The position numbers and the translations under genes are program-made. DNA of 63,460 nucleotides, filler included. It is 4 parts of 4 records of this genome, joined end to end, with 100 filler letters (N's around TTAATTAATTAA, not from the genome) between each part and the next. Parts side by side here need not be neighbours in the genome. Positions count along the whole stretch, not along the records: positions 1 to 22,640 come from SRR31156797_23087; 3 more parts are not named here. One strand, given 5' to 3'. Positions 9,625-18,400 of the stretch are shown piece after piece (the stretch's first letter is position 1; the number at the start of each line of letters is the position of its first letter). The notes beneath the pieces were generated by a model. The model made no database searches, had not been told where the DNA came from, and was given only the letters and a program-made list of their open reading frames with translations.

Positions 9625-10998
9625 TTATTCGGAGTGATATTCTTTCAAGTGATTCCGAACCTGAGGTGTTGTGACTCCCGGGACATAGTATTTATCGTAA
9701 AAATCACAATCCACATGATGCGCAATCAATTGCATCTGTCCCCCGATGGGTCCGAAATGAACCGGGGCGCGACCGTAATTGTCATAGTAGTATTTAATCG
9801 TCGCCCCGACGGCTTCGATTACCCAGTCCGGGTATTTGCTGGTTGGATTCTCTTTAAAGATCTCGACTGTATCAGCCTTATACGGACCTTTGTTCTTCAA
9901 AATCCAGTTATTCTTCTCATCGTAGCAACCACCACCAGACCATTTTTCATCGACGATGGCACGGCGGGATGATTCCATTGGATCTTCGATCCAGGGCCTG
10001 AAAAATCCTTCGATGACACCCGGAAATCCCAGAACCCGGGTCGACGCGTGGCCCATATCGTCGCCCTCTATGACATCACACTTGAAGCCAAGGCCTTTCG
10101 CATAGTCCGGAAAAGCGCCCAGGAACAGCGGTTGAGACCAGGCTCCAAACATGGAGTTTCCAAGACCAATGGAGGCGCAGGTACTCCGCATGTTCATACA
10201 TGCCATTCCGGTGCTCACCGGCATCAACTCTTTGATGACTTCCTCGAATTGCCATATGGTAAAGGGAATCTCCAGCATCCCTGGTTTCACCCATTCTTCA
10301 GTGTTGCAGGGTTGCTTGGTCTTATCATCAATGATATACCACCCGGCGTTGAGAAAGGCAGTTGCCATGAAGTTGATGTATTCCCTTGAATTGTCACAGA
10401 AAGGCCAGAATATGACCTGCCCGGGCTGCCCCCAGTTCCATTGCATCCATTGCCCCATCAGTTTTCCGGGAACCCCCCAGTCGATGTCGAGATCCTCACG
10501 GTCCATCAACTTGACTTTTCCATCATTGTACCATTCCCAAATCTTCTTGTAGTCACCATCTCCTTCGATCTCGACGGGTTTCTCTCTGGCCATGGGCTGG
10601 TTCATGTACCAAACGGCGTCATCGTCAATAAAAACCAACTGCATCCACTTCAGGTCATTGCAGGGTCTGGGCGTTGTAAAGCCCTGGTAGTTCAACATCG
10701 TCGGACCACCTTGCGCATTGTCGATGTCGCCCATTGCGTACCCGGTGGGTCCCAAGGCAGCCCAGCAAAGCAGCGCCTTTTCCCAATCGGCAACCGGAAC
10801 TGGATCTTTGGAGCCTTTCCATGGGACGAAACCCTCAGGAGAGCTACGTTTTACTTTTCTGGCAGGAGTCACATCTTCTTGCCCCGAGGTGGTATAATTG
10901 CCCATACCGATTCGATGGGATCTGCCCCTACAGAGGGTGTCAAAATAGGTTCCGCCCGTTTCCCAAGCCTTTTTTATCATTTCGATCTTTTTTGACAT
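9625..10998 (-). CDS. uncharacterised 457-aa protein, probable extended nitroreductase-superfamily (FMN) fold
   Basis: Strong AAGGAGGAG RBS. RGRSHR resembles the RRSxR FMN-binding motif and GMACMNMRSTCASIGLG resembles the G..QN..LxA..LGLG motif of nitroreductases. The C-terminal HHVDCDFYDKYY segment is shared with the 22310-22639 paralog. Confidence 0.65.
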   Translation of the reverse strand: MSKKIEMIKKAWETGGTYFDTLCRGRSHRIGMGNYTTSGQEDVTPARKVKRSSPEGFVPWKGSKDPVPVADWEKALLCWAALGPTGYAMGDIDNAQGGPTMLNYQGFTTPRPCNDLKWMQLVFIDDDAVWYMNQPMAREKPVEIEGDGDYKKIWEWYNDGKVKLMDREDLDIDWGVPGKLMGQWMQWNWGQPGQVIFWPFCDNSREYINFMATAFLNAGWYIIDDKTKQPCNTEEWVKPGMLEIPFTIWQFEEVIKELMPVSTGMACMNMRSTCASIGLGNSMFGAWSQPLFLGAFPDYAKGLGFKCDVIEGDDMGHASTRVLGFPGVIEGFFRPWIEDPMESSRRAIVDEKWSGGGCYDEKNNWILKNKGPYKADTVEIFKENPTSKYPDWVIEAVGATIKYYYDNYGRAPVHFGPIGGQMQLIAHHVDCDFYDKYYVPGVTTPQVRNHLKEYHSE

Positions 10999-11156
10999 GC
11001 TGGCACTCCTCCTTCATTTAGAATAAACTGATGATGTTTTCTTAACCCAAAAACTGTATCAACCGTCGGTTTTTCACTCTCACCTCCCTTCACGCAGCCC
11101 TGTTTAACACCCCCTTCACCCAAAGCGTCTTTCACCCCATGAATGTGTCCTTTCGT

Positions 11157-12650
11157 TTAAGAAGACGCTACTGCCACAAGATCGTCCTCTTCACGAGCAG
11201 CTTGTATGTGGACGAAACAACCGGGATCAGAGCCCAAGTAATTGCCGGTATAGGCGTATGCCCTCGCGCGACATCCACCGCATTGTGATCCATATTGACA
11301 CTCACCGCATGCGCCGTCGTGCTGTCCTCTGTCACGAATCTGCTTAAGAATCGGGCTGTTTTCCCACACATCGGTCATTTTCTTTTCCCTGATGTTGCCC
11401 AAAGGAACGGGTAAAAAAGTACAAGGCTTCATATTCCCTTGAGGGTCCATTCCCAGGTAATAGGAGCCGGCCATGCATCCGCCGGACAGTTTCAACAAGC
11501 TCTGACAACCGTGCCCTATGGTTGGATCATAGTAATGTGTGGGCAAAACTTCCCCGGAGCCTTCAGTTAAGCTTGGGAGCATTGCTGCCTGTGGTGCAAA
11601 TGATGTGAAACCCATATGGCGGGTATGCTTGGATTTTCGAAGAAGCCGGTAGTGCAGCCATTCTTTCTGGCCAGCGTTCAGATCCAAGTTGAAATCTCCC
11701 CTGCCCGTGGGGACAAAGTTATAGACGATCATCCAATCCGCCCCTAAACGGTCTCCCAAGTCCATTATTTTGGGAATTTCCAGATAGGTTTCCTGCGTTG
11801 CAGTGGCTGATATGATAACCTCCAGCCCTTCATCAAGGCTGTTGCGGATTCCCTGAACAGCTTTGTCAAACAGGCCGGGCGAATTACGGAAGGCGTCATG
11901 GACACTGGCATTGGCGGCATCCAAACTGATGTGTAGGAGACAGACACCTGAATCTTTTATCTCCTTCACCTTCTCTTTTGTAAGAAGTGAACCGTTGGTA
12001 GCCAGATAGCATGTAATTCCCCGGCTTCCGGCGTAAGCGGCGATTTCAAGGAAATCCTCCCTGATCAGACTCTCCCCTCCCGTAAACGCAATCGCCGATA
12101 CGCCAGCATTTGCAAACTGATCGATAGCCGCCTTCGCTTCTCCTGTTGTCAGTTCCTGACCGCCGGCCCTCTTGCATTTCAAAGAATCCGTATAGCAGTG
12201 CTTGCAAGATCCCAGATTGCACTCTGAGGTGAATTCCCACACCACCAGGATGGGTGCTCCCAAAATGAACGGTCTTCGAATGCCGAAATTGGACATCCCA
12301 CGCATGGAATTGATCAAAATCCGCTTTTGATATGGATCGGGCTCGCCTCCGAAGCCCTTTTCCATTGATTCGGCAATATTCCCTTTGAGGGTGTTGCACG
12401 CATCACAGGTATCCGTCCGATTCCCCAAATAGGCATTTATGGCAGCGTCGATACGCTTCTCGCCACATTGAATGCAATGTTCTTTGTTGTCCAAACTGAT
12501 CCGAGTAAGGCTTTTCAGACCGGTGAATGACGGAATGGTCCCCAAGGCCCGGTTAACCGGATCAACTTTTCTTCTTTTTTCGACAGCAAGTTTTCCCATA
12601 CATTTACCCCCAAACCTTAACGTCTTTTTACAATGAATTTCAGGCGCCAT
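11157..12650 (-). CDS. radical SAM/SPASM domain protein with N-terminal Cys-pair extension
   Basis: VVWEFTSECNLGSCKHCY (CX4CX2C), FTGGE, ATNG, ISLD, and SPASM CMAG...PC...CGECQYGSQCGGCRARAY...DPGC. Alternative start at ATG 12599. Confidence 0.92.
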   Translation of the reverse strand: MAPEIHCKKTLRFGGKCMGKLAVEKRRKVDPVNRALGTIPSFTGLKSLTRISLDNKEHCIQCGEKRIDAAINAYLGNRTDTCDACNTLKGNIAESMEKGFGGEPDPYQKRILINSMRGMSNFGIRRPFILGAPILVVWEFTSECNLGSCKHCYTDSLKCKRAGGQELTTGEAKAAIDQFANAGVSAIAFTGGESLIREDFLEIAAYAGSRGITCYLATNGSLLTKEKVKEIKDSGVCLLHISLDAANASVHDAFRNSPGLFDKAVQGIRNSLDEGLEVIISATATQETYLEIPKIMDLGDRLGADWMIVYNFVPTGRGDFNLDLNAGQKEWLHYRLLRKSKHTRHMGFTSFAPQAAMLPSLTEGSGEVLPTHYYDPTIGHGCQSLLKLSGGCMAGSYYLGMDPQGNMKPCTFLPVPLGNIREKKMTDVWENSPILKQIRDRGQHDGACGECQYGSQCGGCRARAYAYTGNYLGSDPGCFVHIQAAREEDDLVAVASS

Positions 12651-12694
12651 GCGCCTCGGGTTGATTTAGAAAGATAGAATCGAGCCTATTTTAC

Positions 12695-13036
12695 TTAACT
12701 TAATTCAAACCAGTTTGCTCCCTTGTCCCGCTTCACAAATGATACCTTGTGGCCTATCTCAACCCTTTTTTCTTTTTCATTTGTAAAACGTGCCGGAACC
12801 ACCAAACCCTCATCCAGCATCACCTCGCCAAACGCATAGGGTGCCTGGTCCGCGAATTCTTCAAAGGGCATACGAATCATGGTAAAGGAATAAACCTTCC
12901 CCCCTGTCCACGCGTTCACCTCAGCAAAACCGGTGTTGCCACAGGCAGGGCAAAAATATCTGGGGGGAACATATTGCTTCTCGCAACCCTTGCATTGAAG
13001 CAGGGTCAGTTTTGCATCAGAATCTCTCTGGCTCAT
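12695..13036 (-). CDS. DUF35 Zn-ribbon/OB-fold thiolase partner protein
   Basis: Motifs CKGC...PPRYFCPACG, GKVYSFT, APY. Immediately downstream of the thiolase. Confidence 0.92.
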   Translation of the reverse strand: MSQRDSDAKLTLLQCKGCEKQYVPPRYFCPACGNTGFAEVNAWTGGKVYSFTMIRMPFEEFADQAPYAFGEVMLDEGLVVPARFTNEKEKRVEIGHKVSFVKRDKGANWFELS

Positions 13037-13042
13037 TTTCAA

Positions 13043-14218
13043 TCATCCCCTTTTGAAGATATGAACAGTACAAACCGCACCGGTTCCACCCGCATTGTGC
13101 GTCAGACCGATTTCCGCGTCTTTCACCTGGTTTTCATGTTCGCCTCTCAGTTGCTTCACAATCTCGTAGGCCTGGCCGCAACCGGTTGCGCCCACCGGGT
13201 GTCCTTTTGAAATGAGACCTCCACTGGGATTGATGGGAATCTTGCCGTCCACTTGGGTTAGTCCATCCTCCACGGCGGGCCCACCTTTACCCTTTTCAAA
13301 GAACCCCAGATCCTCACTGTCAATGATCTCGGCGATGGTAAAGCAGTCGTGCAGTTCCACCACATCGATATCACTGGGCTTAAGTCCGGCCATCCCAAAG
13401 GACTCCCTTGCCGCAACAGCGGTTGCAGGCAAACCCGTAATCGTCCCTTTGTCATTGATGGTCTCGTGGGTGGTACGAAAGCCTCTTCCGATACCGGAAC
13501 CGATAATATTGACGGGCTTTTTGGTATACTCCTTTGCGCGATCCGAGCTACAGAGAACCAGAGCGGCCCCACCGTCGGACATGGGACAGCAATCATAAAG
13601 CTTCAAGGGGTCTGATACCAATCTGGATTCCAGCACATCCTCCAGCGTTATTTGGTGCCTGAACCGCGCTCTTGGGTTTAAGACGCTGTTATTGTGGTTC
13701 TTTACGGAAACCATGCCCAATTGCTCAATGGTGGTTCCGTACTCATACATGTGTCGATTGGCTACCAGGGCAAAGAAACCAGGATAGGTATAGCCGGAAT
13801 GGATTTCAGAAACAGGATCCATGGCCGCAGCAAGGGCCCGGGTGGCGATAGGTGTCGATACGGAGGTCATCTTCTCGACACCGCCCACCAGCACCATGTC
13901 ATGTACTCCGGATGCAATGAGCTGATAGCCCAGCCTTAGACCGATGGAAGAAGAACAGCAGGCGCCTTCCACCTTGACGGCACCGATGTTTTCATTGAGC
14001 CCCAGGCTGTAAGCAAGCATGGGTGCCAGGGTCTCCTGTCCAACGAGCATTCCTGCAACGTAGTTCCCAAGAAACAGCGCTTCAATGTCCTTTCTCTCAA
14101 TCCCGGCATCGCGAATAGCCGCATCCAATGCTCGTACGCCTATCTCTTCAATGGTCATCTCCTCCCCTAAAACCCCGAATTTAGTGGAACCGATGCCAAT
14201 GACCGAAACATCTCTCAT
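13043..14218 (-). CDS. thiolase (SCP2/archaeal/BbsB-like type)
   Basis: Motifs EGACCSS, KNH, DCCPMSDG, ELHDCF, NPSGGLISKGHPVGATG, THNAGG. Confidence 0.94.
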   Translation of the reverse strand: MRDVSVIGIGSTKFGVLGEEMTIEEIGVRALDAAIRDAGIERKDIEALFLGNYVAGMLVGQETLAPMLAYSLGLNENIGAVKVEGACCSSSIGLRLGYQLIASGVHDMVLVGGVEKMTSVSTPIATRALAAAMDPVSEIHSGYTYPGFFALVANRHMYEYGTTIEQLGMVSVKNHNNSVLNPRARFRHQITLEDVLESRLVSDPLKLYDCCPMSDGGAALVLCSSDRAKEYTKKPVNIIGSGIGRGFRTTHETINDKGTITGLPATAVAARESFGMAGLKPSDIDVVELHDCFTIAEIIDSEDLGFFEKGKGGPAVEDGLTQVDGKIPINPSGGLISKGHPVGATGCGQAYEIVKQLRGEHENQVKDAEIGLTHNAGGTGAVCTVHIFKRG

Positions 14219-14364
14219 TATTGATACCCTCCAGTTTTGATCCTATCGCACCAGATCTTCTTGTGCCATGTGCCCTCATACAGACAAGGACAACCGCTTC
14301 TACCGTAGAGATAATCCGAAGCGACATTCTCCAATTGCCATTGATATTTTGACCACCTATTCAT
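14218..14364 (-). CDS. unannotated 48-aa Trp/Tyr/Cys-rich ORF
   Basis: Manual translation: MNRWSKYQWQLENVASDYLYGRSGCPCLYEGTWHKKIWCDRIKTGGYQ*. It starts 3 nt after the ferredoxin stop and its TAA overlaps the thiolase ATG (TAATG). Confidence 0.35.
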   Translation of the reverse strand: MNRWSKYQWQLENVASDYLYGRSGCPCLYEGTWHKKIWCDRIKTGGYQ

Positions 14365-14367
14365 TCC

Positions 14368-14550
14368 TCACTCGTCAACGGAAATGGCTTCATTGGGACA
14401 TGCAACTTCACAAAGCTTGCAGCACATACACAAATCAACACCATTTGGCATCGCCTTTTCATCTTCAACCAGCAGAACATCCATTGGACATTCTTCAACA
14501 CAAGTTCCGCATCCTTCACATAGTTCAGTATTAACTTGGATATCAGGCAT
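14368..14550 (-). CDS. 2[4Fe-4S] ferredoxin
   Basis: CEGCGTCVEECP and CMCCKLCEVACP in a 60-aa acidic protein with a GAGG RBS. Confidence 0.95.
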   Translation of the reverse strand: MPDIQVNTELCEGCGTCVEECPMDVLLVEDEKAMPNGVDLCMCCKLCEVACPNEAISVDE

Positions 14551-14617
14551 TCTTAATTCCTCAGTGCAATGTCAGTTTGAATCACCGGATGAAAAACACC
14601 CGGTGACTCTCATTCGT

Positions 14618-16663
14618 CTAGATCTGGCGCGCCGCGTAGTTGGCCGTATGGATGGCCTTTTCTATCTTCTCCGGACCCGCGCAATCCCCGATTTCGTGAA
14701 ACTCAACCCCTTTTCCCACCAACTGCTCATAGAGATCCCTATTTGAAGATCTGCCGGCCGCCACAATCACGGTGTCAACGGATACAGCGTCTTCATTCCC
14801 TTCGCCATCCACATATGTCAGGGTACCATTCGTTATCTCTTTTACTTTGACCTGGGCAAGAACCCTTACTCCCGCCTCTGCCATGAACTCGTTTAAGACA
14901 ATAAAACGGAGGATGTGGGAGTAAGGTGGCCAACCGATTGTCATGGGATCCCCTTCCTCCAGCAAAGTCACTTCCTTTACTTTTTCAGGATCCACAATCT
15001 CAAGTCCGCGTTCCTCCGGAGCCTTGTAATATTTCTTATAGCCCGCCTCCGGCATCTTCTTGCCCAGTCTGGCCAGCGTAACCGCTGCCTCCGCGCCGTA
15101 CGCGCCGCCAAGAACAGCTACCCGTTTCCCAACGGTTTCGTCCCCGGCCAAGAAGGCATCAAGGGAAATAACATTCGAGCCATTGATACCCGGGATGTCC
15201 GGAATGATCTGCTTGGATCCTGTGGCGAGAACAACCGCATCAGGATTCTTTTCCCTGATTAGATCTTCCGTAACGTCAGTGTTGAGTTTGACCTGGATAT
15301 CCATCTCCGCCATTCTCTTGGATAACCACCTGGAGATATTGAGGAGTTCCCGGGTATAGAGTCTGGGATAGTTGGAGGCGAGGTGCAGGTAACCGCCAAG
15401 CTTGTCGGCTTTTTCATATAAGGAAACCTTGTGGCCCCTCAGGGTCGCCACCCTGGCAAATTCCATTCCGGCAGGTCCTCCGCCCACGACCAGAATGTTT
15501 TTTGCCTTTCTTGCGACCGGCATTCTTCCTTCTTCCCACGTATTGTCCCGGTCGTATTCAAAATTAACGGCGCACCGGCTGGGCCTGTTTGCAAAATCGT
15601 CTTCGAGGCAGGTATTACATGCAATGCACTGACGGATGTCGTCGTACCGCCCCTCAAGGGTCTTTTTTGCGAAATCAGCGTCGGCCACAGAGCCGCGGCC
15701 AATGCCCACGATATCGAAGTTGTCTTCTTCAATCATTTTAACGGCCAAGCGGCCGTCGTTGATGCGCCCCAAACCTGCTACCGGAACTTCGACCACATTC
15801 TTTATCGCCTCTGCCATATAGGTCCACACGCCTCTCGGCTCATACATCTCCGGGATAACAGTCGTGAAATGCTCAAAAACCCCGCAGGTTACGTCAAACA
15901 TGTCACATCCCGCATCTTCCATGGCGGGGGCGATGAATTTACAGAAATCGTCAATGTTATAGCCGCCTTCCATGTACTCGTCGCCTGCCACCCGACAACA
16001 TATGGGGAAATCCCCAACCGCTTCCCTCATCTTGATCAACAACTGGCGGATAAACTCCACTCTTCGATCCCAGTCTCCACCCCATTTGTCATCCCGGTGG
16101 TTCGTATAGGGTGACATGAACTGCTGGGGCAGAAAGCCGTGTGAACAGTGGATCAGGACCGCTTCAAACCCTGCATTCTGAGCTCTCACGGCTGCTTTGG
16201 CATAATCATCGATGATGCCCCAGATCTCTTCTTCCGTAAGAGCTCTGGGGGGAATATTGGGAGGAAAGGGCATGGGTGGCGAGGTATCCGAAGGGGCCAG
16301 CGCCTCCTGTTTAACGTGTTTGGGCAATAGCAACGGATTGCACTCCCTGCCGGCGTGATGCAGCTGGATCATGGCTTTGGCACCACCTGCATGGATCGCT
16401 TCAACCAGTTCATAAAGTGCGACGCCCTGGTTATCATCGAATATGCCAACCGTCCGAGGAAAGAGTTTCGTGGTCTCGCTAATGACCGCGGCCTCCACGC
16501 AGTACAAGCCCCATCCCCCTTTGGCCCGTCTGTAAGTGGCATCGATCAAGGGCTTGCCGGGAAGGCAATCTTCTCCAACAATGTTTGCTATCATCGGGGG
16601 AGCATAGAGCCTGTTTTTTACCTCCAAATTCCGGATCTTGATTGGGTCGGATATCTTCGCCAT
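14618..16663 (-). CDS. Old Yellow Enzyme family FMN/[4Fe-4S]/FAD oxidoreductase (FadH/BaiCD/Ncr-like architecture)
   Basis: TIM-barrel motifs QLHHAGR, HCSHGFL and NHRDDKWGG; FeS motif CIACNTC...CAVN; FAD motif VVGGGPAGMEFA; C-terminal IGDC. Confidence 0.93.
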   Translation of the reverse strand: MAKISDPIKIRNLEVKNRLYAPPMIANIVGEDCLPGKPLIDATYRRAKGGWGLYCVEAAVISETTKLFPRTVGIFDDNQGVALYELVEAIHAGGAKAMIQLHHAGRECNPLLLPKHVKQEALAPSDTSPPMPFPPNIPPRALTEEEIWGIIDDYAKAAVRAQNAGFEAVLIHCSHGFLPQQFMSPYTNHRDDKWGGDWDRRVEFIRQLLIKMREAVGDFPICCRVAGDEYMEGGYNIDDFCKFIAPAMEDAGCDMFDVTCGVFEHFTTVIPEMYEPRGVWTYMAEAIKNVVEVPVAGLGRINDGRLAVKMIEEDNFDIVGIGRGSVADADFAKKTLEGRYDDIRQCIACNTCLEDDFANRPSRCAVNFEYDRDNTWEEGRMPVARKAKNILVVGGGPAGMEFARVATLRGHKVSLYEKADKLGGYLHLASNYPRLYTRELLNISRWLSKRMAEMDIQVKLNTDVTEDLIREKNPDAVVLATGSKQIIPDIPGINGSNVISLDAFLAGDETVGKRVAVLGGAYGAEAAVTLARLGKKMPEAGYKKYYKAPEERGLEIVDPEKVKEVTLLEEGDPMTIGWPPYSHILRFIVLNEFMAEAGVRVLAQVKVKEITNGTLTYVDGEGNEDAVSVDTVIVAAGRSSNRDLYEQLVGKGVEFHEIGDCAGPEKIEKAIHTANYAARQI

Positions 16664-16940
16664 AATTATTCTCCTTGAAATGTGAGTGCTATTTCAAAAT
16701 CACTGAGCATCCATATAAAACCCATGCAGTTTTTTCGTTTACACCTCCTTCCTCTGGCATCACCTGACTTGGCTGCATGCGGCGCTTTGGCCATATATGT
16801 TGATGAATATGCATAGAAACACTGGGAAACAGGTTGCAATGTTCTCTCTGTTCTCTGAAAAATCGATGGCTTATGAATCATTAGAACTCAGAAACCCAGA
16901 AACTGAGATTTAACCAAAACGTCCAAACGCGCAGATACAT

Positions 16941-16956
16941 AGCAAAGTGTGTGCCA
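16941..16956 (-). promoter_or_regulatory. sigma-54 (-24/-12) promoter for the catabolic operon
   Basis: Minus strand reads TGGCAC-ACACT-TTGCT, an exact consensus match, ~280 nt upstream of the OYE start. Confidence 0.85.
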
Positions 16957-17755
16957 TGAGATTTTAAGAAGGATTTGAGAGACGCTTTCTGCTCGGCAAA
17001 AGCCCTGTAGCAGAAGGGATAGGAAGAAGTGCGCCTTTTTTCAATCAATCAAGAAAATATAAGAAAGAGGGAATCACCCAAGGGATTCCTTTCATTTCCA
17101 GTTTCTTTGCTTGGAACAGGCTTTTGAAATACCAAAGGAATTCCGGGTCGGAATATCTGCTATGTAATAGATATAACATATAAAAAGCCTTATCAAATTG
17201 ACTCGAACACACTCCTAGGATCTTGAAGATCCGATCGCCGTTGGCAGCCCTATTCTCAAAAAAACGATCATTATTGGTGATGCTCCGTATCTTAATGGAC
17301 GATAGGCGGGCGCCGCCTTTCATGACTCCAAAGTTAGGAAATAATTGACGACATAAACATATAAATGAATTAAAACAACAAGATATGGTAAATCCCGTGA
17401 ATCTTATTGGACGATCTAGACAAAATTCAGACAATGAACCCCGGGCCTGTGGTGAGAGTTGTTCAGCATTGGTTGCATTTTTGCGATAATTTTCGCGAAA
17501 TTGGAACAATGATCTCCTTTTTGCCAAGAGTTTTTGCGCAGTTTTTCTTTTGGTGTGCACCTCCCCAAAAGGGAAATGGCCAGCAGCGGAAAATGTTCGG
17601 ACAAGCAACCGGTGTGGGTGCCATTCTCTTCCCAAAGTAGGATTCTCAAAAGATGTTGGCCGAAAAGGCTGCCAAGCAGGGAAAGCAAGTCTCCACTAAA
17701 GAACGAGAACTTCCCCATATCGACACTCAATGCAATATCTAATATTGGTTGCGCT

Positions 17756-17771
17756 TGGCACATATCTTGAA
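17756..17771 (+). promoter_or_regulatory. probable sigma-54 promoter for the cobA-like/cbbQ/cbbO unit
   Basis: TGGCAC-ATATC-TTGAA, with one mismatch in the -12 element, ~200 nt upstream of the first gene. Confidence 0.6.
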
Positions 17772-17976
17772 TAATTTGTCGCCTGTTAGATTTGTCCTTG
17801 ACGATCTGTCTGCATGCCCTTCAGTTTTCGTAGCCATAATCGTCTGTCGTCATTAAAGCGATGGCATACATCCAGATTTCGTTGTCTGGCCTTTTCAGGA
17901 TCGCTGAAGAGCCGGATTCGGTGCCAACTCCATAGGCAGGCTCTCGTTCGGACCCTCAAAAATCCAGCGTCCAGCC

Positions 17977-18351
17977 ATGAACAACATCATGAAAATAAAC
18001 GAAAACATATCAAACAATCAGGAAACAGGGCTCGTACAGATCTATACAAACCCAATGGGAAGAATAAATTTCGCGCCTTATGGTCTGGCCTTTCGTGCTT
18101 CGGGTTATGGGCTTCGGTCTTTGATTACCCGTTTTGTGCATCACGAATTGAAGGCCGGGGAAACGGTTGCTTTGAAGCTTCTTGCGTCCGAACTCACAAT
18201 TGATGCCTCAGCAATCGATGCAAATTCCTCGAATTGGGTTTTTGCTGAATCCGCAGTTAAAAAGGCGTTTCAGAATGCTGTGCAGACAGCTTCTTCGGGT
18301 GAATACGATTTGGTGATTTTGGATGGTGTTCTTGAATTGGTTTCAAACTGA
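17977..18351 (+). pseudogene. degenerate/truncated cob(I)alamin adenosyltransferase (CobA/BtuR)-like fragment
   Basis: GLVQIYT...GLAFRASGYG and YDLVILD match CobA/BtuR, but the P-loop (GxGKGKTT) is replaced by NPMGRINF and the protein stops shortly after YDLVILD. Confidence 0.6.
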
Positions 18352-18400
18352 CTCATTTATAATGCCCTATCAAAAAATACAAAGGAGGACGTCCATCAAA

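Noticed and set aside
11157-16663. Mycofactocin or PQQ system
   Set aside because: No MftA-type IDGxCGVY or PqqA-type peptide and no MftB/PqqD gene are visible.
16666-16881. 71-aa ORF upstream of the OYE gene as a possible precursor peptide
   Set aside because: No RBS at its start and no peptide-like motif. Better explained as the 5' leader.
17045-17770. Several ORFs (196, 115, 77, 78 aa) between the divergent sigma-54 promoters
   Set aside because: They overlap each other, have no recognisable motifs or convincing RBS, and lie in a regulatory spacer.
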